A stretch of DNA of 64,000 nt, taken from NCBI GenBank assembly GCA_964270895.1, contig OZ185437.1. One strand, 5' to 3'. Origin of the DNA: Podarcis filfolensis (Eukaryota). The position numbers were made by a program, and so were the translations under genes. Of this stretch, positions 25,201 through 39,100 are shown piece after piece. Numbering within the stretch: the stretch's first letter is position 1; every line of letters starts with the position of its first letter. The notes below the pieces were generated by a model, which saw nothing but the letters and a program-made list of their open reading frames with translations, did no database searches and had not been told where the DNA came from.

Positions 25201-28178
25201 ATTTGTTACACAGGGAAGGGGAAAAAATGCTTTCCCCTGGAAAATCTGGTCATGCGGAAGAAACAAAATAGCTATGAGACTTTAAATCTTCTCTGGCTTG
25301 CAGAAAAGAAAAACAAATCTGCGAGGGCTCAAGAAAATCTCCCACAGTTTTCTCCACTTTGGAGGAAGTGATTAAGGACGACTATGAGAAGCAATGGTTC
25401 TGATACTGTGTATAAAAGCTGTCCGAGCCAAGCAGCAGAAGACCCACTGAACTGTGTCACAGGTAGCTGCTTATTAGTCACACAGTGATCAATTCTGAGA
25501 GTGCTAGAAATACAGAGGAATTAGCGTGTGTATTCTCTCCGCCACCCTCCTCCCTGACTCTAACTGGGGCAATCCATAATTACAATGAAATGAAATCATG
25601 CTTCACAGTTTCACATCAGCTGCGAGGATGCTGCCTAGCTGCTCTTGGTTTGTTGGATTTGTTTAAAGAATACACACCACTGAACAGAGGAACCTCCCGA
25701 CAAAATGTAAAAACTGAAGAGTAAACTTATAAGAAGGAAAAACATTAGGTAAGCCGAGGTGAACTGACTAATACAAACTGCACATTTAACTCTAATTAAG
25801 TGGCAAGGCACAAAAGGAGGGGGGAACACATTAGGCCTGTCTGTTAATTAACTTGGATGATGCCAGAGAGCAAAGTAACCTGAAGAAAAGCCAGAAACGC
25901 TCAATAAACCAATGCAGTTAATTATTAGAGAGCAGTGGCCCTTTTGGCACATTTCAGCTATAAGAGGGTACAATTTCAAGCCATATTATATATGTATATT
26001 AGGTATACATATACACAAGCACAGCAAAACACACTGAGTATACCACATGAGGATTATCTAGCTGAATGGCTGACAGGCCCAATCCCCCATGACAGGGACA
26101 AAAGTGGGTGACTGGAATAAATCTGCAACTGCCGCCGTTTCCCTAGTCGGCTTCCCTGTAGCAGCAGAATCATTGAGGATTTTTGCTGTGCACCCTTACT
26201 CTTCTGGGCCAGAACCTGGGACAAATGTCCCCTTCATCCAATGGAGGGTACAACCTTACCTGTGGCTTAGGGTGATCATGCAATGAAATAGCACAAGCTT
26301 ACTTCTGTTACCTCAACGTAGCTGGCCCAGAAGCCAGTGTCTGCATGTACACCCCCCAGCTAGATGAGGAAATGCAACTGTTGGGAAATGGAATAATAAT
26401 AATGATCATAGGCAGTATTTGGAAACAGTTGCTCCGGCATAAAGATTACCACCCATTCAACAGGATTTCCCCTCCGTGCCATCCTCAAATCTGCTCTAGT
26501 GGACTGGGGTGAACCTCAGAACAATATCTGGGGGGGGGGGGGTGAGGAGAGGGGAGGGGAATATTGTTTCATCATGCAAAGAGAAGTCCTTGTGCTGATG
26601 GAACAATTGCTTAATGCAGTGTTAATCTGGAACTGTAGCAAAATGTTGCCATGTAGTAGCTTTGGTTCAGGAGGCATCTGGCTGGACACCATGAGAACAT
26701 GCTGAACTAGATGGTGTTTTGCTATGTTCCAGCAGTGATCTTCTGACCACAGAAGTCACCTATTCCAACCTGCTGCTGAGATGCAATGCTGAAACGCCCC
26801 TGACTTCCAATGAAGGGTACAAGTACCTGCTTTATATTAGATCTCTAGCACACCTACTCCAGTCTCATCCCTAAAGAGATATGGTTCTGAAGGGCTTCTT
26901 CTATGCTTGCCACATGAAAGGCATTTTTTTTTCATAGTTAAGATGCCCAGAGCTGAACCTGGGACATCATGCATTCAAAGCCAAGGTCATACATAGATAC
27001 AATTATTATGCAGACCTTCCCTATTTTTATGGAGCCCCTTGGCGTTCAGTGCCACATGGATCCAATAATGTGCTTTGACTTTTTTTTGGGGGGGGGGAAT
27101 AGGGATGTTATTTGTGGGAAAACTTGTCCAATAAAGTTATCAGTCATTGCAGAGTTATTTGTTACATACCAGAAGTGGCCTTAATAGTGCCAGTTTTCTA
27201 CACACTGAAGGTTTTCTTGGCTGAAGAAACAAGAGGGATCTTCTTTATAGTGCAGTTGAATTGAGGGTATTTTGGTATTTGAGAAACAAGAGAGCACATT
27301 GAGAGTATAACCCAAACAAACAAGGGATTCAGTTTCTTGTTTCCTGAGCAAAATGAGACAAGGGCCATAAGGGTGGCTTTAAAGGAAGATTGAGTCCCTG
27401 AGTCCCTGATATGAAGCGATGTTGCAAAGCATTTGTGAGTTTGTCCGGAATATTTGACAAATTATTTATTTGAAAATATGCCAACTTTCTGATATGCCAG
27501 TCCCAGAGATATGCATAGCCGTGACAGTGCTCAAGAAAGCCCCACACCAATGTAGCGATAGGAGTCTCCTGGGCATTGGCAGGTAGGACAAGTAAGCTGT
27601 GCTGTGCTGCCTCTCAGTCCTAAAAGGTCTGTGCTCAAATATTAGGCATGCATGGCTCTGGCAGCATGATTTAACCCAAGTGGTTTTAGAATAAATTTGA
27701 ATACTCCATAGTTCTGACAAGAGAGGTTTGAATTATTATTGGACCTCTGAACATTGTTTATCCTCTGCCCATAGATGTCTGTCAACCTTAGATAGTTTCA
27801 TCTTAATTTCAAAGGAGGAATGTGCAAGACATCCCTCCCATTTGTTATTTAATTTATTTTTTGTTAATTAACCCCCCCCCAAACCCTCATCACTTTCAGT
27901 ATACACTGGTTCAAATGTAATATATTTCAGTACCTTGTTTCAACTCCATTTCATTACTCACATTTGTTACCGGTTTTTCACTTTTTGACGCTGTGACAGC
28001 AACTGAGCTGACCAGCAACCCACTGGTAGCTGCCATGTTCCACATAGGATGCAGCTATTTCTTCTTTGGAATTCTGGGAGAAATGTCTACCACCAGCAGC
28101 AGCCACCAATTCACTTCCTGCTGACACCACCAGAGATTAAATAAGACCCTTCAGCCACTCTAAATGGGTGTGAAAGAG

Positions 28179-28316
28179 CAGTGCTATTTTTCTAGAAAAA
28201 GAGGTGCCATAACTCACCATGAACACCTCCCTCATTCTCTTAGAATGGCAATGGCGCCCACCTGAGAGGTGCCGGAACTGATTTCTGGTCAGTTCTGACT
28301 GGGGAAAAATGCCCTG
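28179..28316 (+). mobile_element. Short non-autonomous DNA element, copy 2
   Basis: CAGTGCTATTTTTCTAGAAAAAGAGGTGCC...GGGGAAAAATGCCCTG. Aligns by eye with 13487-13621 in the opposite orientation. Confidence 0.7.
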
Positions 28317-28849
28317 TGAGTGAGGAACAAATGGATATGAATCGGAGTCACCATTTCTCTCTACATTCACTGTTAAGAATAAATATAACTGGAACTGAAC
28401 TGGACCCATTTGGTTCATTTTCTTCTTTTGTTCTGGAATGAATGCACACCCTATATAACATGGAGTACACCCATCATTCTTCGATCTTTCATATCTTCAA
28501 GCTGGCGCCACATCATTATCATCATTTCCCATCTGCTTTGCAGAGTACAGCTCGTAAGTACAGTACTTAGTGGGGAGTATTTTTATGTCATTTTGTATAT
28601 GACAGGTGGGAAGAAAAAGCTTACATTTCCCACCAAGTTACAGTTAGGGGTCCCGAATGATTCTCCCCATATTATTTGCCAGAACAAAGTGACTGTTTTC
28701 TACAGAGGAAGACCTTCCTTATCACAGCAGCTGGAAAGTAAACTGCTATGACACGACTCTTGACAAACATCTGAAATAAATTAATGGACTGGGCGTTTGG
28801 ATTTCTTCAGATGATGCCACAGAGTAAGTGGTGGGGAGGAATGCAGCTT

Positions 28850-29015
28850 GGGAAGGAACACAGCTCAGTGCTCTGCATGCAGAAGGTCAATGGTTCAATC
28901 CAGGCATCTCGAGGGGCTGGAAGAGATCCCTGCCTGAAACCCTGGAGAGCTGCCACTAATGAGTGTGGACAATACTGGGCCAGATGGACCAATGGCCTGA
29001 AATGGTAAGACTTCG
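28850..29015 (+). mobile_element. Squam3-like tRNA-derived SINE
   Basis: GGGAAGG..CAGCTCAGTG..TGCATGCAGAAGGTC..GGTTCAATCC head, then CTGCCTGAAACCCTGGAGAGCTGC...GACAATACTG...AGATGGACCAATGG. Confidence 0.75.
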
Positions 29016-32000
29016 CATGAGCAGAGATTTTTGCCCCCAGTTCATTGTTGAGGCAAAGGATAAATGAACCACAAGAAGAAAACACTGGACACAAGCTCAT
29101 TTTGTCCCCAGCATAACGGAATGAAGAAATTTTGGATCTTGCATATCACTAACATAGACAAGGACTGGTAGTTCCAGAGTTCAGTTTGCTGTAAACAAGT
29201 ATTTTATCCAGCTGGGAATTGACTTCTGAAAGCTCCTTTGCTACTTATAGTTTGCATGTAGAGTCGATGGAATTGTTAATTAATATTTTGTTATTCGGGA
29301 GTGTCATGTGCCAATAGCTGGGCATGACTTTTGAAAGATGGAACGGGAATGACGGAAATGGTCAGAATTCTTTGCCACTACCCATCCCTGCTAGAAGCAC
29401 TGAATAACACTAGAAGTAGAGTTCATGTATGCATTGGATCACAGGTGAGGTAGCTGCCCCACATCTCTGATCCAAACTGATAACTGATTTCAGCAAGAGC
29501 TTACATGCAAAGAATATCTGTAATAGAAGCTGTCTGCATGGCAAGTGCATCTGGGTATATGATATGTGGGCATCAACTTTGTGGTTCCTGTAGCACTATA
29601 ACAAGGTATGAAAAAGTTTCAAGGTACTATTTACAAGTATTCTTGTCCTTAACCATAGACCCAAAGGTATGCCCAAGAAGGATGCCAAAGATGCCAGAGT
29701 GATCCATTCTGTAGACTTCTGCCAGGTCCCATAGCCTTTTGCGCATGTGGAACGGACACCAGAGCAAGGAGATGGCTTGACCGCAACCAAGCAAATGTGT
29801 ATACATTCTTTATACACAAAACAGCATGTGTCATGTTGCCTGGGACTTTCCATCGCTTCACCCACCCAGATAAGGGCATAGGTGGCAAATACCCAAGTCT
29901 TACAGATACTTTCCCGTTCTGGGCTCAGAGCCCAGCACCCCAAACCTACAGATAAGGATAACACCAAAGCAAGCCAAGTGAATATAAGCATATATGAGCT
30001 CATTGCTACAACCACAGCCAATTAATTGTGGGGTTACCTTCACCACCATGATGGCATTCTACAACAAGACAGAGGGAAAAATACAAGTCTTCAAGCAGAT
30101 CTACCAGTATCGTTTTACAAAGAAAAATCTCATTTCATTTCAGAACCAGTTAGCAATTAAATGTGTTAATCGCTTTAACTTGCCCCAAGGCAAAGTGACT
30201 TACCACCAAACTGATAATACTGTTATTCATAGGTGATTTTATTTCAACTTTCAGTAATCAATGGGGTTTGCTTAAAATTTGCATATATTTCTGGGACATT
30301 GGTCTGTTTCTATACAGACCTGCATTCTCCCATTTGGCTGGTTTCGAAAATGACCACATATCGTTACATAATGGTGAGGGTTTTTAAAAATATAAATATC
30401 TCACAATGAGTTCCCAAGTGTAAGTGGCATCTGAATTCTGATCCTGCAACCAAAATGTTGGCTGTGAGAACACAACAAATCTAAAAATGCACCAATTTTA
30501 TGATTTCCATGAGAGACTGGGGAGCATATTATATTTATCAGATGAAAATCCCAGAGACCATCCACCTCAGATTTCATTAAACAGCTAAAGGTATACAAAT
30601 GTACAGCATCATTTTTTTCAGATTGTATGTTAATGATCACTAAAGCTGGCAAGGTGCTTTCATGCACTTTGTGTGCCATCATAATCAATCATCTTTATTT
30701 TAGTGTTTCCATGATAAACCAGCAATATCCATCTGTGAAGTAGAGAACTGGGTGCCTTTGTAACAGGGATGCTGCTGAAATTTTGTTTGTTTTATGTTTT
30801 GAATTTAACCAAGTCAAGAAAAAGCTCAGAAAATCTTCCCTCAGGGTTAAATAGTGGAAGATCGCTATCACAATTATATCAAAGCCTTTATTCATCAAGA
30901 TTATTTTTTTTTAAAGTTCTGAAAAAATGTTTTACCCACATATTTGAGAAGGAAAGTGATTGATATCTCAAAGCCCCCTCCCCCCCGTATATTTCACAGA
31001 TGGAATCTAACTGGATGGTGGAATCGATAACGGAGCTTGTCACAACTTGGTCATGGGTTCAAATCTAGTTTAATTATTTCTGATTTACAACTGCAAAGTG
31101 GCTTATGTGAAATGAGTTCACTGCACAGCTATAGTTAGTATGGTTCCTAAAGCGGGTTCATGCCAGAAATAGCAACTTTATCAGGGTCAGATCAACACTG
31201 TAGTGAGAATGAGGACCAAACTAGCATTTTCACTCTAGAGATGGTCAACATTATGGGGGGGGGGTCTGTTTCTGATGATAAAGGGAGCCATTCAGCCACA
31301 GACTTCTCCAGCCATTGGAATCCCACATAAGCTCTTGCCAATGGAAATGGATGCCATTTTTGCCAATCCCCTCTCCAACTTCTAGCCTTCTGTGCCCCTG
31401 AAAATCTGCTCTGGATGGTTAGGGGATCCCCCAGAACAGCAAGAAATTGTATAGGGTCTGCAGAAGGGAGGGCCCCTTCTGCTCCCCTTTCTCAAGAGCA
31501 TCTCTTGGATCAAAGGCTCTCATAATCACAATATTCCTTCTGCTGACACGTGGGACAGTTTTGGTTCTAACCCACAATATAGTTATTATTTTTATACTAC
31601 TATAATACTATGCTTAATACCAATACATTAGTACAAAATTGCTGAAGGTCACTATTTCTTATACCCAATAGACAATGCCCGTCAGATAACATGTTGCATT
31701 ATGGAAGACATATACAACTATACAACTATACAACTATTTTTGTATAGCATTAATATGCTGGCATGCTATTAGAACCAATTTAATTGCTGTAGAATTTATC
31801 AAATCAGATCCAGCATTCTATTAGCAGGCAAGGTTTTCTACCCTAACTTTGGTAGATCCTTTAAGAACTAGTACATGAAGGATAGACAATTATCACCACA
31901 TCTTGAAAAACATACTTTGAAGAGTTCCCACTGGGACCACTGACATTTCTTGTTGTTTGAAGTTAATTACTAGCATGATCTCTGACAAACAATAAAGCAA

Positions 32001-32404
32001 CTTCACTTCTGTAAAAACACAATTTAATAGGATAATTCCTCTTACTCAGACTGTAGAAGAAGAAGAAAAGAATCTGGTTGCAAGCAACAAACCAGAATAT
32101 AAGAGCTGTGATTTGGCACTAAAGATATGAGGGAGGGAACATCACTGATGCTCATAGTAAACAGAGTGTAAATTCTTGCGATTTCTCTATAAGGGAAGTT
32201 GGAAGTAGACTATCTAGACACATCACCACACATTTAATGCCAAACTACAGCACCCACAGAAGAGCTCAGTCTACTAGAGCATGGAGAACAGGGGCAAGCA
32301 GATAATTTGGTCACTTGCCATGACATGTTTCCAAAAATACATACAAATATACTGTAAGTGTTTGCAGGCAATTGGTTTTAGTACAGCACTGACACTGGGC
32401 TATA

Positions 32405-32500
32405 TTCCTTGGATCAGTTTCAGGTGACATTGCCCAGGGATGTGGACAAAATGCTTTGAGAATTGTGACCAATCGTATGTGTGCTGGATCTCTGAGTTCT
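32405..32500 (+). mobile_element. Small degraded L2 ORF2 relic
   Basis: GGATCAGTTTCAG...GGATGTGGACAA...CTGGATC resembles 7058-7140 of the young copy. Confidence 0.45.
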
Positions 32501-33585
32501 CACCACAGTGGAGGACGGTTCATAAACCCAAGATTCAGTACTGCACTCAGCCGGAAAGAAAACCTAGACATTTGGGTCACATATGAACAAGTCTGATGAC
32601 ATTGTTCAATTATCTTATGTAGGAAATTATAAACACAAATAAATTATAAGGCTTTTTTAAAATGGCAACTAAAAATGAAATTTGGTCATATGAACTTGAT
32701 AAAGATGTATTTTGGCTGTTAGCTTGAAGATTAATGTTAAGTTTGGAAGTCATCTCAGCAAGACTAAAATAGCCCAAAGATAATCTCCGCAAGATCCTAT
32801 CAGACACAGCATGCACTTAGGTCAGAGAAGCTGCTTCTAGCCACCAGCTCCTGGAACATCATCAGTCTTCACTTTAGTAACAACATGTGAATCCCTTGAA
32901 ACACTGTAGTATTATGAGCCTGCCACAACTCTTAACTTGTCTTAAGAGCTCCTGTGTGACAGCCACTCCTTCATGTTGATTTGTGTTAAAATGCTATTAT
33001 ATATCAATTCACTGCATTTCTTGTACAAAAAAAAGGTGAGGGTTAAACCAAGCATGGATTTTCCTTGAATCTATCCAGACACAATATTCTAATATCTGCT
33101 TCTATATAGCCAACTTGCCTTACAAGCACCCACAGAAGTCTCCCTTTCCAGTTAGATTCCAAGACTGGCACTAGTATTTCTTTGATCAAAATACAAACCT
33201 CCGTTATGATTGACCCAAAAGCTGAGTGGTTCATAATCAAGTGTGAAGTGAGAATTATGACCCCTCACTTACCTCCTCACTCCTAGACAGCGGATTGCCT
33301 TCAGATCCTTCACTTATGAACCTCACGTTCTGCTTATCTTGCTGCTGCTCCAGAGACAGAACCAAGCAAGATAGAGAAGTCTTCCCTTCTCTCTTCGTTC
33401 CAGTACCTGGCACTTGGCACTGCTTTGATGGTAAGCCATGGATTCCCAGTTGGAGGCAAACAGGTGAGTGAGTGGAAGAGAAGAGAATGACAGAGGAAGC
33501 ATAACTTTTTTGGCTTCCTGTATTGTCACTGGGTATGATGGAATCTGATCTGGCTCATAACTGGACTGGGGAGATATATTCTGCC

Positions 33586-33586
<1 letters not shown>

Positions 33587-33669
<83 letters not shown>
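33587..33669. repeat. Compound microsatellite (TC)n(CA)n
   Basis: Direct read. Confidence 0.97.
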
Positions 33670-33671
<2 letters not shown>

Positions 33672-33955
33672 ATTTTGGTTTAACAGAGCACAATTAAGAA
33701 GTGGGGAATGTGTTTTACCCATCAGTATGTTCTGAACAAACATGGTATAGAAATGTAACATGTTAAAATGTTACATTTCCTGTTAATTTAGTAAATCTTG
33801 CCCACAGATCTCAAAGTACAGAATCAACCCATAGCTGTGTGGAATGTAGGCCTCTGTGCCATCGCAGGCTGTGGCCATCACAGTCAATGGCAGCAAGCGG
33901 AGAGCTGATGAGCTGTAAGAGTAACAGAGACCGACTGCATCAGTAGGTTATAAAG

Positions 33956-34138
33956 CAGGGGTGCCCAAACTTTTTTCAAAGAGGGCCAGATTTGATGAAG
34001 TGAACATGCGTGAGGGCTGACCAAAGCTGATGAGCTTTTTTATAGGATTTCCCCCCAAGAAATAAACTGCTGCAGGGGCTAGATAAAACCAGCTGGGGGC
34101 CCAGATTAGGCCCCCAAAACGGACTTTGGACATGACTG
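33956..34138. mobile_element. hAT/Charlie-like MITE
   Basis: CAGGGGTGCCCAAAC...GGACATGACTG ends. 8-bp TSD TTATAAAG / TTCTAAAG with central TA. Confidence 0.75.
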
Positions 34139-37100
34139 TTCTAAAGCAATTGATCAATTTCCTTGCCTTTAGGGCCATATTTACTGTCATTCTCATGAAG
34201 CTGACTTTAATATTCTTTGAATTTAAATTTGATATCAGGAAACTTTAGGAGCCTTGAAAGGGCTGGATAAAAAGACTTAAAATAAGTACACTTTTGCAAG
34301 AGTGTAAGGAAGGGTCTTTTGGAGACCATTTAAAATGTTACCTACATTCTAACCCTTAAAAATGAAGCACGGGGTTGAATTTCTCAGCAAAAAAACAGAG
34401 AAAAAGATGAAACGCTATTGCTTGAAAGTTCTGTGTGTGCAATCGTATGCAATAACTTCAAATGATCCTTTTGTTGTGACGAAGGTTATTTTGCCTCAGG
34501 TGTCTAGATGTCAACAGTTATGACACCTGTTGAAGATTAGCAGGGCAAGCAGACAGAAAAGAGGATGAGAGAGGTGAAGTGAGTTCAACACTCCAGGCTT
34601 CTCAGGTAGTACGCTAAAGATTTTGCTATAGCATCTTCAGCTTTCCATTTCCAAGACACCTGTCAAATAAGACTTCCACAGAATATATTTAAGGAAATGC
34701 AAGAGGCAATTAAAATAATAAAAAAGGGGAGTGTGGCTACCAATGCTGCAAAATGACTGCCTATCTTCTGAGCTCTTCAGCCTCTCGGAGGGAAGAAACC
34801 CCCATTGGATACCATAATCTGCACACCAAATCAAACAACAGGTAGTTACTTAAGGAATGCTACCTGGCCTCTCAAGAGATGAAGAAAGTGCTTTAACAAC
34901 CTATTCCAGGCCTATAGGGAGGGAGAACCTAGTGGTTGTATACAAATGCAGATGGACAACATGGCACCCAGGCCCCAGAAAACAGCAAGAAGCTCACAGT
35001 GAGTGAAGTCAGCATAAGCAAGGAGCAGGTCTCCCGATTTCAAGCAAAAATATTGGGATTTGGAAAATAACTAGAAGATACTGCTAACATAAGCCTTCAA
35101 GGCCTTGGATGTAGGCTTCACTCCAGCTGTTAAAAAGGAAACATGGCATACTGGAATAACAGACTCCCACAGCAAATAGCAAAGCTGCAGATCCTAAAGA
35201 CAGAAATTTTCTGGACCCCCCCACAACCTCACACTGGCCCAGTGAACTCCAGTTCAAAAATACCCACCTCTCTATTTGACTAAGTGCTCATCCACATCTC
35301 CATGTGTCCCATGTTTCCTTCCATTTGTCTTGTGATTTCTGGCTCAGGTCCAAGACGATTTTCTTTTGTCTTGCTGCTTTTCCTGGGAAGACCCACTGTT
35401 TACTACTGTCAAGCCACAGAAAACCCAATGCAAATCACGGGCCAATTCAAACTATAAAACTGCAACAACACTGTTTATTGGTCTCTTCCACTTAAACTTT
35501 CCAAAAGCAGGGAAGAGAGATCTCCAGCAATTATCCCCCAATTCAAGGAACACCAGGAAATCAATGTGGCCCCTCAGGACACATGATGCATGGAAATATC
35601 CAAAGTTTGTAAGAGGATTGGATACTAAACAGAACTTTAAAAATAATAATCAAATTTTAATATTGTTTTATTTGTCTTTCCTGCCACACACACATATATG
35701 CACAATAAAATAATGACCAGAGCTATTGTCAAAAGTATCACTAGTACTTAAATGAGTTACTCCAGCATCCCAGCATCAAGGAGGACCAAAATAACAAACC
35801 AACTACACTTCCCTTAGGGTCAAACTTCCTTTGTCCCTAATGTAAATGTTAGCCAGATTAGATTAGGAGCTCTCTTTAAAAAACCACTTGCCTCCCATGG
35901 GTTTTCTATCAGTATTTTGCTGCTGATAAGCACTTCAATATCTTTCATTTGTAAATGAGGGACATCTGATGGTGCTTTGCGATATGAGATTTCTATCTAG
36001 ACTATGTACATTCACTGACCAATGAAAGGCACTTCCTATAGACTTAATGTTCCTGATATCATATCGTACAATCTGAATTAAGAAAAGGATTACCACTGTA
36101 CAATGTGAATTGTACAACATCAAGGATTTATTTTAAATGAGACTAATTAGACGTTTCTGTGAAGATATGTAAGCTTGCCAGCAACTTCAAATGATCCTTT
36201 GGGAACCTGAAAAAAGAATACCCTTGTTAAAGGCTGAGGCACTAATGCCTACTGGGTAATTTTTATTTGTTCTCTACAGAATCCCCTCTTCCTTTCATTG
36301 ACAAATGCTTACAATTCCCTTTGCCCCCTTGGCAGCTGATGTGAATGGTTTGTCAAATGGAGTGAAATGAGTAGGCCAGGCAGAAAATAGAAAGACCAAT
36401 GACAGGAAAAATCAGCAGCCAGAGTCATATGGTGCAAATTGTATAAAAACAGAGTGTGCTCTACAAGGAATTTCTCCAAAATTGCTAGTTGCCTTATGTA
36501 GGAGCTGCAGTGCAAATGACAGATTTAAGTATTTTGGTCTCAAAATGTTTATATTGTGGATTCTTAGCTTGAGATATACAGCATGGTGCTATAATCTCAC
36601 AAGATATCTGTGATTTCCTGGTTTGGTACCAACAAAGTAACAAAACGTGAGCATCAATCGTGAGAATGTTGTTTTCCAGGCAGTAATGGACTACCATAAA
36701 TTACTTTGCTTGATCAGAGGACCTCTATCCTATGTGAAAGCTGATAAATTCAAGCCAGCTTTCGTGAGTGCCTCATCACTGCTCAATAGAGATGAGTCAC
36801 GCAGAAATTTTCTATTCTGCTGAGAATCTATACCCAGCACAGCCAAGATTTTCATGAGACAGTTATGTACAATAAAATTCTGAAGTATGTATATTTTCAA
36901 AATGAAAATTTGCTTTAAACTGCATCTGATTTTCCCCACTCAATTAATAAAACACTTCCTTCTAACCGTGGTTGGTTAAAACTAGCCAGCATCAAAACAT
37001 GTTTGAGAGTCATCTAACCACTTCTAGAACTAACCATAATTCCCCAAACCTGTTGAAATATTGTGGGCAATCATAGATACTGTGTCCCCAGCCATCAATG

Positions 37101-37239
37101 TACATCCAGGGACATTTGTGGCCACATCTAGTCCACAGTACTGTGTGAGCTAATTCTAAGAGTATTCAACTAGTTTTGAAGTTTGAATCACATTTGGATC
37201 CACTCAGGATAGGCTTTCATTAATGAGCACTCACACTTT

Positions 37240-37738
37240 ACATTGCGGGTGCCCTTTGCAGGATCGCGCGTGGTGCTACAGTTCCCAGGGAGCTTACTGG
37301 CAAACAGGGGCTGGCTTGCCTCTCAGTGTTAATTTTTGGAGGTTCACGCTCAGCCTCAGTAATCAAGTTTCTTGCTAGGAGGTGGGGCCAGCCCTATTTA
37401 TAAACAGGGGGTGGAGTCGACAATAGCCAGGCAGTCGGCTCTGGAGATTCACCCTCCCTACCCTCCCTTTGTTTAATGTTTCTTGTTTGCAGGTTAACTT
37501 TCTCTTCCTGTTTAGTGGGCGCTGCTACGGTCTTTGATTGGTTGCTGTTTGAAGGACTGAGAAGACATTTTCCTGCATTGGCAGGTTTTGTCTTCCCCAT
37601 AGCAATTCATCACAACTGTGGCGGTTATGGCCTTGGGTGGAATCCTTTAGTCTTTTCTTGCCTATGGGAGGGGTATGAAGTGGTGACTCACCCCCCTGTG
37701 GAGGCGATTCCAGGGCCCCCCCTTAAAGGGGTTATATA
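37240..37738 (+). mobile_element. Diverged LTR-like relic related to 39101-40006, opposite orientation
   Basis: The reverse complement of 37581-37628 (TAACCGCCA-CAGTTGTGATGAATTGCTATGGGGAAGACAAAACC) matches 39490-39546 (TAACCGCCA...AGTTGTGACGGTTGCTACGAGGTAGGCGAAAAAAACC). TATTTATAAA near 37395. Confidence 0.45.
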
Positions 37739-37898
37739 CAGTGGTACCTCGGGTTAAGAACTTAATTCGTTCTGGAGGCCCATTCTTAACCTGAAACTAT
37801 TCATAACCTGAAGCACCACTTTAGCTAACGGGGCCTCCTGCCGCCACCGCGCCGCCGCCACGCGATTTCTGTTCTCATCCTGAAGCAAAGTTCTTAAC
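37739..37898 (-). mobile_element. Truncated Tigger-like MITE (one TIR only)
   Basis: TA|CAGTGGTACCTCGGGTTAAGAAC... is the reverse complement of the 59952 copy. Similarity stops at AAGTTCTTAAC. Confidence 0.85.
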
Positions 37899-39100
37899 AA
37901 AGTCCTATCGCCAGCTGGTCACACAAAAGCCACCCCTCTGAATTATATCGCCAGCAGTTTTTTTTAAGACCAGAAACATTGAAAGCCATAATAGGTGTGC
38001 ACAAGTCATTTGAAACACCCAAAGTGACATTCTGGATAATAGCCCAAGTCTGTTTTGAAATTAAGGTGACTTTAAAACACATTACACAGAAAGAAAATTA
38101 GCAATCCTTTTTAAATGGTGTGAACTTGTATTCTGTTAAGAACTTATCATATTGAGAATTCATTATGAATCTGGAAAACTCTCCTAGCTTTCCCTTACTT
38201 TCACATGTACTGAGAAAGAGATGGATGTGTCTGAATCTAAGCTCCATGTGTTACAACTTGCTCATCTACTTTACTGTTATAATTTTAAAACTCGGTAGGT
38301 TCAATTTTTATTTTTCCACCAAAGTTCTTCTGAGATCCTGTAGTTTCCATAGTACAAAAGACAAACACAGCATAATTGCATGGTTATTTACATGAACAAG
38401 TAGGCATGCTGGCAAATGTAATTGTTCAGCATTTAATGTGTATTCCTGAGAGTGAGAAGTAAAAAGGTGCATCCACCATTTTCATCACTTTGTTTTTCTT
38501 TTTCCAAAATGCACTCTTTTTCTATGTTAATTTTTTTTGTAACTGAAAACGTTTTCAGGAAAAAAAGATTCACATATTGTTAACCTTATGGGTAAACAGC
38601 ACAATTTTCTTTCATGTAGCCCATCACAATTAGTATTCTGAACCCATTTTTTTCTTTCTCCCATGATTAAATAGCAATAAATACAAATTGCCATGCAACA
38701 AATTTAAATCTGAATAAGAGCCACAGTTTTTATTTCATTTTAAAATTTTATGGAGAGTCACCACAAAGCAGTTCATGTTTTCTTTTTGGATTGACCTTAA
38801 AAGAGCTTTTCTGACAATCAATTCAACAAATGTACAGCTGTTCTTATTCCACATAATAATCATTTCCCTTTTAAATGTTATCTGAAACTGATTTTATCTG
38901 ATATCTGATTTTATCTGATTTTAGCTTTTAAACCTGTTGTGTTTTAACTTTTATCATTTTACTGTTGATTGTTTGGACTTCATTTTTACTGCTTAGCCAC
39001 CCTGATAGCATTACTTTTTAAGGCTAGTACATAAATCTTTTAATATAAAACTCCTTCAGTTTCCCAGATACTACATTTCCCTGCCCTCAAACCAACTATT

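Noticed and set aside
29596-30021. 141-aa ORF with a signal-peptide-like N-terminus; GGGACTTTCC kappa-B site at 29842-29851
   Set aside because: No homology recognised. A single 10-mer is not unexpected by chance without conservation data.
33323-33735. ORFs with CVCVC/ERERE/LSLS/HTHT runs (also 47156-47368 and 54437-54789)
   Set aside because: Translations of microsatellites.
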